DNA from: Octopus sinensis
Lineage: Eukaryota
Assembly: GCF_006345805.1 (NCBI RefSeq)
Contig: NC_043004.1
Span: 54,188,001 to 54,252,000, forward strand
Reading direction: 5' to 3'
DNA length: 64,000 bases
Made by a program: the position numbers and the translations under genes. The notes beneath the pieces are model-generated. The model was not told the DNA's origin. It did no database searches and saw only the letters and a list, made by a program, of their open reading frames with translations. Numbering within the stretch: the stretch's first letter is position 1; every line of letters starts with the position of its first letter. Positions 53,142-64,000 of the stretch are shown here, in pieces.

Positions 53142-53550
53142 ATATATATATATATGCATGTACATATACATGTATAAACATGTATATATATGTATATATA
53201 TACATGTATATATGTACTTGTACATATATATATATACATACATGTACACACACATACACACAAACACGCACACCTACACAGTTGGCGTAGGCACATATAA
53301 TATCTTGCAGCAAACTAAACAACAGTAATCTTAAGTTTTTGAGGAGAGAACCTATAGATGATGATTGTGCAATTATTTAGATTATTATTTATTGTTTAAA
53401 TTGATAACAATGGTTGCTACAATGAAACAAACAATTCTATCTCTTTCTTCCATCGCCCTTTGGGTTAAGTTTTGAATCATTATTTTGCCGTTCTGCTTAT
53501 TGTTATACTTATTCGTATGATACGGTGCCTTGTTTGCTCACACACACATA

Positions 53551-53588
<38 letters not shown>

Positions 53589-53756
53589 AACTAAAAAACA
53601 CCCACGCTAACACATACAAATATATATACATATATCCATTTATATTTATACATATAAGATCGATATCTCTATATATATATATATCTTCATGTAACCATAT
53701 ATATGTGCGTTTTATATATTATAATTATATTATATATATATTATATATATATATAA

Positions 53757-53801
<45 letters not shown>

Positions 53802-54058
53802 AAACATATATACATATATATTACATGTATGAATATATGCACCTATATACATGTAGATATATGTATATATAGGTATATATACAGTATATATATATGTATG
53901 TATACATATATATGTATCTATGTACATATATACATACATATATATAAACATACACATATACATATATATTTATATATGTTTATATACACATATATATATA
54001 CGTGTGTGTATATATATATACATATATATATATATGTCTATATATATATATACATATC

Positions 54059-54100
<42 letters not shown>

Positions 54101-54425
54101 CATAAACAAACATATACATATATTAACTTATATCCATATGTATATGAGAGGTTATTGTATTGCTTATTGTTCTGCTTATACTATACTATGTCGAGGTATT
54201 GTTCATTAATGATAATACAAAAATTTATTCGTATCTCTGCAATTGAATCGTAGATATGTATATATCTATGATTGGATGTATGGATGCATTTACGTCTTTC
54301 GTCGTGTGTGTTCCTGTTTCTAATCCTGTGGCTTTCCTGAACTAAGCTTTTTTCTTTATACATCCATAGATGTACCATACAATCAATGGCACTCTATCTC
54401 ACTCATCTCTACCTTTCTTTCTCTT

Positions 54426-54460
<35 letters not shown>

Positions 54461-54640
54461 TTCTCCCTCTATGTGCCTGCCTGTGTGTGTGATCGTGTGT
54501 TTGTACAAACATAAATTTGTGTCTGAGTATTTCATACATATGAATAAATACATGAATATACACACATATTAAGGCGCACACACACATACATATGTATATA
54601 CGTGTGTGTATGTATGTATGTATCACACACACACACACAC

Positions 54641-54675
<35 letters not shown>

Positions 54676-54850
54676 CAGATATATATATATATATACATAA
54701 TATATGTGTACATATACATATATGCATATATATATATATATATATTCACATAGACACACATTATATACATATATACATTTCTCTATATACATATACATAT
54801 ATATATATACACATATATGTATTATATATATATATACATTTATATATATA

Positions 54851-54903
<53 letters not shown>

Positions 54904-54920
54904 ATATATATATATATATA
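52980..54920. repeat. Extended compound (TA)n/(TG)n/(TACA)n low-complexity block
   Basis: Direct reading. Confidence 0.85.
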
Positions 54921-55609
54921 TTAACTACATATACATTCATGCCTTCACACGCATTCCTCATGTTGAATACAGGGAGACAGACCAATCAAAACATTCAGAG
55001 TAAACACAAGTATAGACAAAATCCGAGATATAATCGTTTGGGGATGCAAACAAATACTCTATACTGATTTGGAGATTAGCTACGCAGCATTTATGTTAAA
55101 GAAAATATGATTAAAGACTACTGAAATACTCTTTATACAGAACAGAGTATTTTAGTTGTACCTACAATTAGTGCTAAAATATTTGGTTCGTAAACATCTC
55201 AAGAACTACCTTGTATTTTCAAGCAGATAAAATTCCTATGTTTACTGCGACAAAGGCAGATAAAATACCCGGCTATCAATGATTTAAAACTTTATAAATT
55301 TTAGTAAATTTATTATATGTTATGTGAGGAACAATGAAAACTTAGAAATTAATTATACATATTCTTCAATTGTATTTTCAGAAGCAAACTAAATGATTTG
55401 AACGCTCTGCTTGCTTTAAAATAAAATAAAAATCCACAAATAAATGGCGGTAAAGGCTGTGGTGAGATGAACATCGAGAATTCCATTCGATACTCATTCC
55501 GACAAATAGCACAATATGCAACAGCAGCCAGAAGACATTATATTTTTCCTACTCTAGATGCAAGGCCCGAAATTAGACACTTTGCAACAAGTATGGACTT
55601 GAGAGCAAA

Positions 55610-55707
55610 AATTTGGTACGACCACAAACCTGAAGGCATTATGGAAAATAGAAATGCAAAGATCCTATGGGATTTTATGATTCAGTGCGACCATGAGACA
55701 AATAATA
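55610..55707 (+). mobile_element. Fragment of a second R4/Dong-like family
   Basis: WYDHKPEGIMENRNAKILWDFMIQCDHE parallels WYRHTPEKVTENEKATILWDMP in the downstream copy. Confidence 0.65.
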
Positions 55708-55719
55708 ATAATGTTGATG

Positions 55720-55786
<67 letters not shown>

Positions 55787-57209
55787 GACACAACACACAC
55801 AAATGAAAGAGAAAATAAAAAAAGAGTATTATAGACGAGTTAGATCAATACTAAAAACAGAGCTCAATGCTAAAAACAAGATAATGGGTATCAACACTTT
55901 AGCTGTCCCAGTTATAAGTTACAGCTACAATATCCTTAACTGGACACGAATGAACTGTCCAAATAGATAGGAAAAACAGAAAATACTGACAGGATCTAGG
56001 ATGCATCACCCAAAATCTGACATAGAAAGACTATATACAACGTATAGAAGGTGGTAGAGCCTTATACAGCTGGAAAACTACTATAAAATAACCACCATAG
56101 GACTGCAAAAATACCTACTTCAGAAGGAAGGAAAACTGATCCAGATAGCAGCAAAACACGAGCAAAACAAAAAACTGTTCTCAGTATTTAAGGAAGCTGA
56201 CAAATACAAACAAGAAATCATACACGAAGCTGACAAATACAAACAAGAAATCATACACGAAGAAGAAGAAGATGATGAAGAAACAACAAAAGCTATAAAA
56301 CAAATGAAATCCAAACTAAAAATAGAACAGCAACGAACCATGATAAAACGATGGCAAGAAAAGCCCCTTCATGGTAAATACTGCACTAAACTAAACGCAA
56401 AAAAAATAGACAAAGAAAAATCCCAGCAATGGTTGAAAAGCTCAGGACTCAAAGCAGAAACAGAGGGATTTTTTATTGCAGCACAAGACCAAAGCCTCCC
56501 CACCAGAAATTACCAAAAACATGTAATGAAAAGAAATTTACAAGTAACTGCAGAATATGTGGAGATGGACAAGAAACAATAAATCATATTATCTCTAGCT
56601 GCCCAGTCCTGGCTAAGAAGGAATATATTCACAGACATGACAGAGTTGGAACCTACATACATTGGAAGCTATGCCAACATTATGGAATAACAACAGAAAA
56701 CATGGTATAGGCACACACCAGAAAAGGTCACAGAAAACGAGAAAGCAACCATACTCTGGGATATGCCGTACACACAGATAGAGAAATTAAGGCCAACAGA
56801 CCAGATATAGTTGTCAGAGATCATGAAGAAAATAAATGCTTTCTAATTGATGTATCAATACCGGCAGAGACAACGTGTCTCTAAAAGAAATGGAGAAACT
56901 CTCAAAATACAAAGACCTGGAAATAGAGGTAACTAGAATGTGGAATCTGAAAACAGAAACAATTCCTATCATAGTAGGTGCATTAGGCATGATAAAAAAT
57001 ATTCAGACAAATACATAACAAAAACACCAGGACTTACAAACACATTAACATACAGAAAATTGCACTACTAGGCACTGCACACATCCTACGCAGAACACTT
57101 TCCATACAATAACCATCAGAGTATCACAACAAATCACAGCACATACCTAAGGCACACAGAGCTGCGCTCGGTAGTGAAGTGAAAGCACGCTATAAAAATA
57201 AAACTACTG

Positions 57210-57211
<2 letters not shown>
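55787..57211 (+). mobile_element. R4/Dong-like RLE LINE, 3' part, (AAT)n on both sides
   Basis: RT thumb (EYYRRVRSILKTELNAKNK), WQEKPLHG, AAQDQSLPTR, CRICGDGQETINHIISSC zinc finger, RHD, RPDIV...IDVSIP...K restriction-like nuclease; tail (AAT)n 57212-57301. Confidence 0.9.
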
Positions 57212-57250
<39 letters not shown>

Positions 57251-57261
57251 TAATAATAATA

Positions 57262-57297
<36 letters not shown>

Positions 57298-57333
57298 TAA
57301 TAGGAATGAAAACCTAGGTCCAAATTTCCACAA

Positions 57334-57379
57334 GACACCTGATAAAGGCTGGAGGGTATATCAGCCGAAACGTTGTCTT
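57334..57379 (+). ncRNA. Degenerate hammerhead motif (G8A) in a third copy of the 46.7-47.4 kb tail (57302-57432)
   Basis: GACAC-CUGAUAA-A-GGCU..AGCC-GAAACGUU-GUCUU. Confidence 0.5.
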
Positions 57380-57774
57380 AACAACAACCAAGATATGAAC
57401 ATATATCCTTCAAATTTAAATAATGTAAATAACGTAGGATATAATCTTTTGATGGTTCTTTTCTTAATGAAAATTAAACATGTTTAGGTTTCATAAGCTA
57501 ATATACTAGGGAAGAAAGGAAATATTTATCTTATATATGGAGTGTATGCATATGCTAAGAATATCATACAAATAAGCAAAACAAGATAAAAAAAAAGTAT
57601 AAAAATAAGGATAAACATGAAAATAAAAACAAAAAATAATATATAAAATATGATACTATAAAAAAGTTTTACCGACTAGAAATACAAATGTATTATAGTC
57701 TTTCTGAATTTGCTTATTTGCATGATATACTTTGCACATATGTGTATATATATATGTATATATATATATTATAT

Positions 57775-57878
<104 letters not shown>

Positions 57879-57914
57879 CTACTTTATTTTAAGCAGCAGA
57901 AAATTCAACAAAAT

Positions 57915-57951
57915 CTGTTACTCTGAGTTTCTCGTTGCCGTTCATCAGACA
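57915..57951 (-). ncRNA. Minimal hammerhead motif in PLE 3' terminal segment (sense to ORF)
   Basis: UGU-CUGAUGA-ACG-GCAA-CGA-GAAA-CUCAGAG-UA-ACA. Confidence 0.55.
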
Positions 57952-58961
57952 TTTTTTGCTAGAATGGAACTTATATATTAATTCAATCTATACTCTTACA
58001 ACGCTACACCTTTTAAAAGCAAATGGACTTGTTTGATTGGCCCTTTAGAAAAAACGGTCAATCTTCGAGCGATAACAAAAAGGTCAAAAATATATGTATA
58101 TATATAAAAAAAACTTATAAAAATTATAAAATCCGAGGAAAAACCCGAGGAAAAAACCTATTGCCGTTAATGAAGACAGTACAATTAATGCATAGAATTA
58201 AACCTGTTATAAATACTGCAATACATATTTATATTAAAATCTACATATATATATCAACATACACAAAAGATGCGCGTAAACGCCATACATACATATACAG
58301 ACGTATGAATATGAATCTAAATATACACATAAAAGCAATGTGTACTATATTCACGCAAACCGTCTCGCACGCAACTAAAATTCATCTATGTAGCAATTCT
58401 CATATACTGAGCAAGGAGGGGAACGAAAGAAGGGAAAGAGAGAAAAGGAACGAAGGAGGGGTGGGGAAAAAACTTGTAACGATGTTATTGGCATCTATAG
58501 AGACCAGTATACATACACAAGTTTGAATTGATACATATACATACCGTCGTGTATTGTGTGCTTAGCACAAGCATACTTTCACTTACACATACACAGATAC
58601 GCATGCTTACAATACATATGCTTTGCTATACACATACTTATATAAACATTCTAATTTTGACAACATTGCTTTTTTTTAAAAAAAACATTGCTTTTAAAAA
58701 ATGGGTGCATTAATAAAAATATATACGAAAGACATATAAATAAAATATAACATCCTATTTTGGGTCATTTATAAATAATCAAGGTAATATAAATAATCAA
58801 GGTAATCCTATTCAATACAAAAACATGAAACAAAGTTTTAGGTTTTTCCTAATATATATGTAGGAACATAAGACTTTGCTATAAATCCGTCGTAGCGCTC
58901 AAGAGTCAAAATCAAAATCAAAATCAAAAATACAAATATATACTCTATCCATATGGTATAT

Positions 58962-61006
58962 TTATATTCGACATTTTAATTTAGCCGCGTGCCTACATAA
59001 GTTCATTAACTCACTTCTTTGATTCAAAGAATTATTGTCTTTGAATAAGATGTGCATTTTTTCTAATAGGCAAAGTCTGCACTTGAAATTAAATTTGTAA
59101 GCTCCATGCCTGTATGGTGCCGCCCTGTCCAGAATGCTCCATGTCACGTTGAAAGGTGGGGCTTCCTTTTCTTTTAGTTCCCAGACATATTTTGCTAGGC
59201 TGGTTTTCTTCCTATTCTCTGGGTATTTAAAATAATTCTTATGAGAATAAAATCTTGTTTTAAATGAATTTTCTGAAGCCCCTGTGTATGTCTTGTATTC
59301 CGATGAGCCTTCCACTTGCACCTTGGCTCTATAAACTACTCCTTAGACATTTCCCTTCTAACGGACAGGAGCTTTCGTTTTTGAAATTACATTTCTTAAT
59401 GGGCTCGGCACCATGTCTAATCTCAATTAGCTTCCTATTATGTTGGCTAATGTAAGAGGCGAAATTTCTGCAACAAGAATAGCTAACCTTCAGGGTTTTT
59501 CTATTAAATATTCTGTAGAATTTATGACCCTGCTTAAAATGCTTAGAGACTAATCTCAAAAATTCCTTACCTATATTAGTCTTTACGGCCAAATTGAAAG
59601 CCGGGTTGAACCACAAAACTTTCCTGTTCCTAGTTCTTCGTGTGCAGCATTATTATTAGCATTAAGCTGGTTGAACTGATCTTCTCCGAGAATCCACTAT
59701 TCTTTAATGCGCTATCGTAATAAGGTGCAGCATTATGGAATGCTGCCTCGTCCGAAGAAATTGAGAATATTCTTCTACCTACATTGCTGACTAAGTTGCT
59801 AAGGATAACTGGTGGATGGTTCGAATCTTTGCTATATAACGATAGCTTTTCATTGGGCTTACGGAAAGGTTTAAATCTATCCGATCTTACATTAAAATTT
59901 ACGTCTAAAAAATCTACACTATTCAGGTTAGCATCTATCGTAATCCGTAAGCCCATCCTTTGAAAGAAAGCTATAAGGTCCTTCCTAATTCTGATTCATG
60001 GCCGTTTAGATTATGCGTGGCTATAAGGCCGTCATCCCTATATAAACCTGCATCTATAAATGGGAATTCTATTTTTAGATTATGGAGAATAAAGGCTCCT
60101 ATGAGCATACATAATTCAGCCCCGTCGTATGCCCCCATCGGTACATCGAAAAGAGAATCCTCAGTCTTCTTAATCCAGGTGGAATCCTCGAAAAAAAGAA
60201 GCGATTTCCTCGCATGCATAATAATTTCAATTTCCGAGCTATCGATGTTGACATACTGCTTGGCGAAGTCCAATGCCCTTAGGAGCAACGTCCTAGATAT
60301 CGACGGGTAAAAGTCAATAATGTCGAATTGTGTGAAACTACAATTATTCTTATAGCTAATACCTTTAAACCACTCTATAACTGACTTACTATTCTTCCAA
60401 ATTCTCAAGTCTACTTCACTATCTAACTTAACTAAAATACGGTACAAAATATTTTTGCTAATAATTCCTATCTCAGTTTTAAGCCGGATTTATCAATCTA
60501 CATTGGGGTTTCTACTAAAATTGTCTTTATGGTCTTTCAGAGTAATAAAAGCTGGTGTGGTGAAAGGTATTCAATCCTATCGCTAATCTTAAGATCGTTA
60601 GCTATTCCTTTTGCTTCTAAGTTCACCTCTTTGTATATATTCGTGTTGTCTTTTTTGTATGTGTCCGTGACACTATTCGAAATCAGGCGTTTATAAACGT
60701 CCTTATCAAGTGCATATAAGTTCCTTGTCTTGTCAGAATTAACGAAGATCTTATTCGAGTTGTTAATCTCCTTAATTTTTTCTCTCATGTTTTTTTGCAA
60801 TTGGTTGGTATATTTGCGGAATTTAATTTTCCTAATGAGCTCGAAAAGGTCTTTCTCGAAGGCTTCTAATTCCGGAATCGGTGGCGGGTTTCTGGGAGAT
60901 TTAAATCCATATTTGTTTCCTTCTATTTTCTGTTTATTATCAAAGAAGAAGGCTTTCCATCTCAGTCTTCTAATAAACTCTTCCGTTTTCTCTATAAGAC
61001 CTTTGA
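58962..61006 (-). pseudogene. PLE polyprotein (RT + GIY-YIG endonuclease), frameshifted, probably 5'-truncated
   Basis: LIEKTEEFIRRLRWKAFFF; FDIIDFYPSI; PMGAYDGAELC; LYRDDGL; linker CN(F)KNESSCPLEGKC; VVY..YTG; CRLCLLEK; RSELMNLCRH. Confidence 0.9.
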
Positions 61007-61280
61007 TAAATGTGTATTGCAGTATTTATAATTTCTATGCATTAATTTGTACTGTCTTCATTAACGGCAATAGGTTTTTTCCTCGGTTTTTTCCTCGGAT
61101 TTTATAATTTTTATAAGTTTTTTTATATATTTATACATATATTTTTGACATTTTTGTTTATCGCTCGAAGATTGACCGTTTTTTCTAAAGGGCCAATCAA
61201 ACAAGTCCATTTCTTTTTAAAGGTGTAGCGTTTGTAAGAGTATAGATTGAATTAATATATAAGTTCCATTCTAGCAAAAA

Positions 61281-61318
61281 CTGTCTGATGAACGGCAACG
61301 AGAAACTCAGAGTAACAG
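61281..61318 (+). ncRNA. Minimal hammerhead motif in the inverted PLE terminal segment
   Basis: CUGU-CUGAUGA-ACG-GCAA-CGA-GAAA-CUCAGAG-UA-ACAG; GUA cleavage triplet. Confidence 0.6.
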
Positions 61319-61420
61319 ATTTTGTTGAATTTTCTGCTGCTTAAAATAAAGCATATTACTCTACCACTGGCATTTGAGTACTCTTTTTTCCACCTTGTTT
61401 CACATTTATGTGTTTACTCC

Positions 61421-61485
<65 letters not shown>

Positions 61486-61547
61486 AGATAAATATATACA
61501 TATATATGTATTATATACATATATATGTATATATATATATATGTATG

Positions 61548-61604
<57 letters not shown>

Positions 61605-61606
61605 GT

Positions 61607-61893
61607 GGAGGCGCAATGGCCTAGTGGTTAGGGCAGCGGACTCGCGGTCGCAGGATTGCGGTTTCGATTCCCAGACCGGGCGTTGTGAGTGTTTATTGAG
61701 CGAAAACACTTAAAAGCTCCACGAGGCTCCGGCAGGGGGTGGTGATCCCTGCTGTACTCTTTCACCACTCTTTCTCCCACTCTTTCTTCTGTCGGCCTGC
61801 TCGCTTAGCCAGCGGGGTGGCGTCATTCGAAGGCTAAAACAATGCGAACGCATTGTGACCAGCGATGTGTAACTACATCTGATGGTCTGGTCG
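61607..61893 (+). mobile_element. Full-length tRNA-derived SINE family C (tail type 1)
   Basis: TGGCCTAGTGGTTAGG A box, GTTTCGATTCCC B box. Confidence 0.9.
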
Positions 61894-62648
61894 AAAAAAA
61901 AAATATATATATATCAGATAACTAAATCCTTTCTTCCCTAGTATATTAACCTGGCCCTCAGTCTATGTAGGATTAGTATTTCAAAGAACCACCTTTTCAT
62001 CTACTGGGTCTTCTAAGAGGAAATACTGCATTTTAAAGATAAAATGTCATTTTACCAAATCGCTACATCCGTCACACTCTTTCTGGAGTGAAAATACAAT
62101 AACGTTTACAGTCCTCTAGCATATGTATGGAGTTTGAAAGATTGCTATACAAACAATTTCAACATTAAAACTCATAATAAATTTTTTATGAAAGGTTCTG
62201 GACATACTTTGCACCTCACCGTGTAAAGGTATATTTAACACAATTTGACCAGATCTACCAAGAATTTAAATAAACTTTGTGCAAATGCCGCAACGGGAAA
62301 CAATTTTATTTAGTATATTATAATAGGATTATAATAGAACTTAGTTGCCACATAGATTACTTTATCGGCCAATATAAAATGTTGTTTTTTTTTACCTTTA
62401 AAACAATACAACATTTTAGCTAGATCTTACTATATGTAGTAGCAATGGTTTTAGTACCTATGTCCATGAGACGATTATGAATTTCGGAGCTGTGGTTTTA
62501 AAGTGCATATATCATATAGGTAATCCCAGTAATACGAACATAGAGATCCCTGCCAAAAAGCGAGCAAATAAGACTGTGATGTATTATTTATTACGAGGAG
62601 AAAACAAAGAAACCAAAAATCGATCTAAAGGAAAGTATCAGACATTAA

Positions 62649-62990
62649 GGAGGCGCAATTTCCCAGTGGTTAGGGCAGCAGTTTCGATTCCCAGACCGGG
62701 CGTTGTGAGTGTTTATTGAGCGAAAACACCTAAAGCTCCACGAGGCTCCAGCAGGGGATGGTGGTGATCCTTGCTGTACTCTTTCACCACAACTTTCTCT
62801 CACTCTTACTTCCTCTTTCTGTTGTACCTGTATTTCAAAGGGCCGGCCTTGTCACTCTCTGTGTCACGCTGAATATCCCCGAGAACTATGTTAAGGGTAC
62901 ACGTGTCTGTGGAGTGCTCAGCCACTTACACGTTAATTTCACGAGCAGGCTGTTCCGTTGATTCGGATCAACTGGAACCCTCGTCGTTGT
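62649..62990 (+). mobile_element. SINE family C (tail type 2), anticodon-arm region deleted
   Basis: Matches 8158-8488. Confidence 0.88.
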
Positions 62991-63336
62991 AGAGAACACG
63001 GAATGAAAAAAAAAACGAAGAGAAAATAAAAGAAAATAGGCGGAGGTAGACAAAAAAAATGATTGTGATGGAAATAGATAGCAAAGAAGAAAAGGTAAAA
63101 CAAATAACTGAGGAAAAAAACAGAAAAGTAGTGAAGAAAAGCTAGAATAATGGGAAAAGAAACCGTTACTGGTAAAATGCTGGTAGGGATATATATTTCA
63201 TAGATGGATGAGTGCTATATAGCGTAAAATAAAAGAAAATATTATGATAAATAAGCAGCAGGTATGGGTGTATGTACGCATATGCTAAAGTACACAAGCA
63301 CAAATTCATATACACGAATATATGTATCTACTCATA

Positions 63337-63369
<33 letters not shown>

Positions 63370-63466
63370 GTGTATATATATATATAACAATTGCAGTGTG
63401 GAAGGTGTTTATAAGCCATTTAAGAAACACAAAAGCCGTTCGATTCACTCCAACATTTAAGTTTAA

Positions 63467-63516
63467 TTTGTCAAAATATTTTCGTCGCTAAAATCCGCGA
63501 CCTGTTCACTGACAAA
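63467..63516 (-). ncRNA. Hammerhead-like motif with G3/C8 swapped core
   Basis: UUUGUCA-GUGAACA-G-GUCGC-GGAUUUUA-GCGAC-GAAA-AUAU-UU-UGACAAA; stem I 7 bp and stem II 5 bp, both perfect. Confidence 0.6.
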
Positions 63517-64000
63517 GTCCGTGCTGCATCTAAGAAAGTAACAGTTAGTTCGTCATATATATGTACGTATGTATGTGTGTATGTATGCATACATGTGTGT
63601 ATGTATGTACGTATGCATGTACGCACATACGCCTGTGTATGCATGTATGTATGTATTATTATGTATGTATGTATGTTTATGTATGTATGTATGTATATAT
63701 GTATGTGTGTGTATAAGCACGCACATACACTCTATAAAACATAAAGCTATAAACCTGTAGCGATGGATGGATGTAGAGTGACCACTCATCACAACGCTAT
63801 CAAATTTCAACTCCCTACGGCCGAGGCTAGAAAGTGAATTTATGACGCTTGCTCACAAGAACTATACCCTAAATCTATTATCAGATTTTTATCTCTATAT
63901 CACAGAACTAATGTTTTAACTATTGTTCGTATGTATGTATGTATGTGCATGTATGTATGTATGTATGTATTATGTATGTATGTATTATGTATGTATGTAT

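Noticed and set aside
57558-57742. Short imperfect inverted repeat (CATATG..ATATCAT.CAAATAAGCAAA)
   Set aside because: About 30 bp, AT-rich and imperfect; not distinguishable from background without statistics.
58023-58526. 167-aa plus-strand ORF inside the PLE terminal segment
   Set aside because: Low-complexity K/I/Y-rich translation spanning the repeat boundary. The ATG (MKTVQ) copy on the other side is followed by two stops and does not match the RT N-terminus convincingly.

Overview
AT-rich animal genomic DNA with dense microsatellites and almost no evident host coding sequence. The repeat families look cephalopod, most likely Octopus (inference from recalled SINE families; no search was run). 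Main contents: (1) 1-8162, a head-to-tail array of three Tx1/L1-clade LINEs on the minus strand, each separated by (GATA)n; the middle copy is a full-length ~6 kb element, and a SINE at 16959-17179 shares their 3' tail and GATA context. (2) Many tRNA-derived SINEs of several families. (3) A degenerate mariner at 40.5-42.0 kb. (4) R4/Dong-like restriction-endonuclease LINE fragments at 50.8-57.2 kb associated with (AAT)n. (5) A Penelope-like element (RT + C-terminal GIY-YIG, Hydra-like) at 57.9-61.4 kb with inverted terminal segments in (TA)n. (6) About ten hammerhead-ribozyme-like motifs from at least five repeat families, including a palindromic tRNA-head/(AAT)n/hammerhead element at 46.7-47.4 kb and a motif with a G3-C8 swapped core at 63.5 kb. 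(7) Repeated short-range inverted duplications. Most ORFs in the supplied track are microsatellite artefacts. Indel-rich repeats suggest long-read consensus errors, so some frameshifts and palindromes may be artefactual. All folds and alignments were done by eye.
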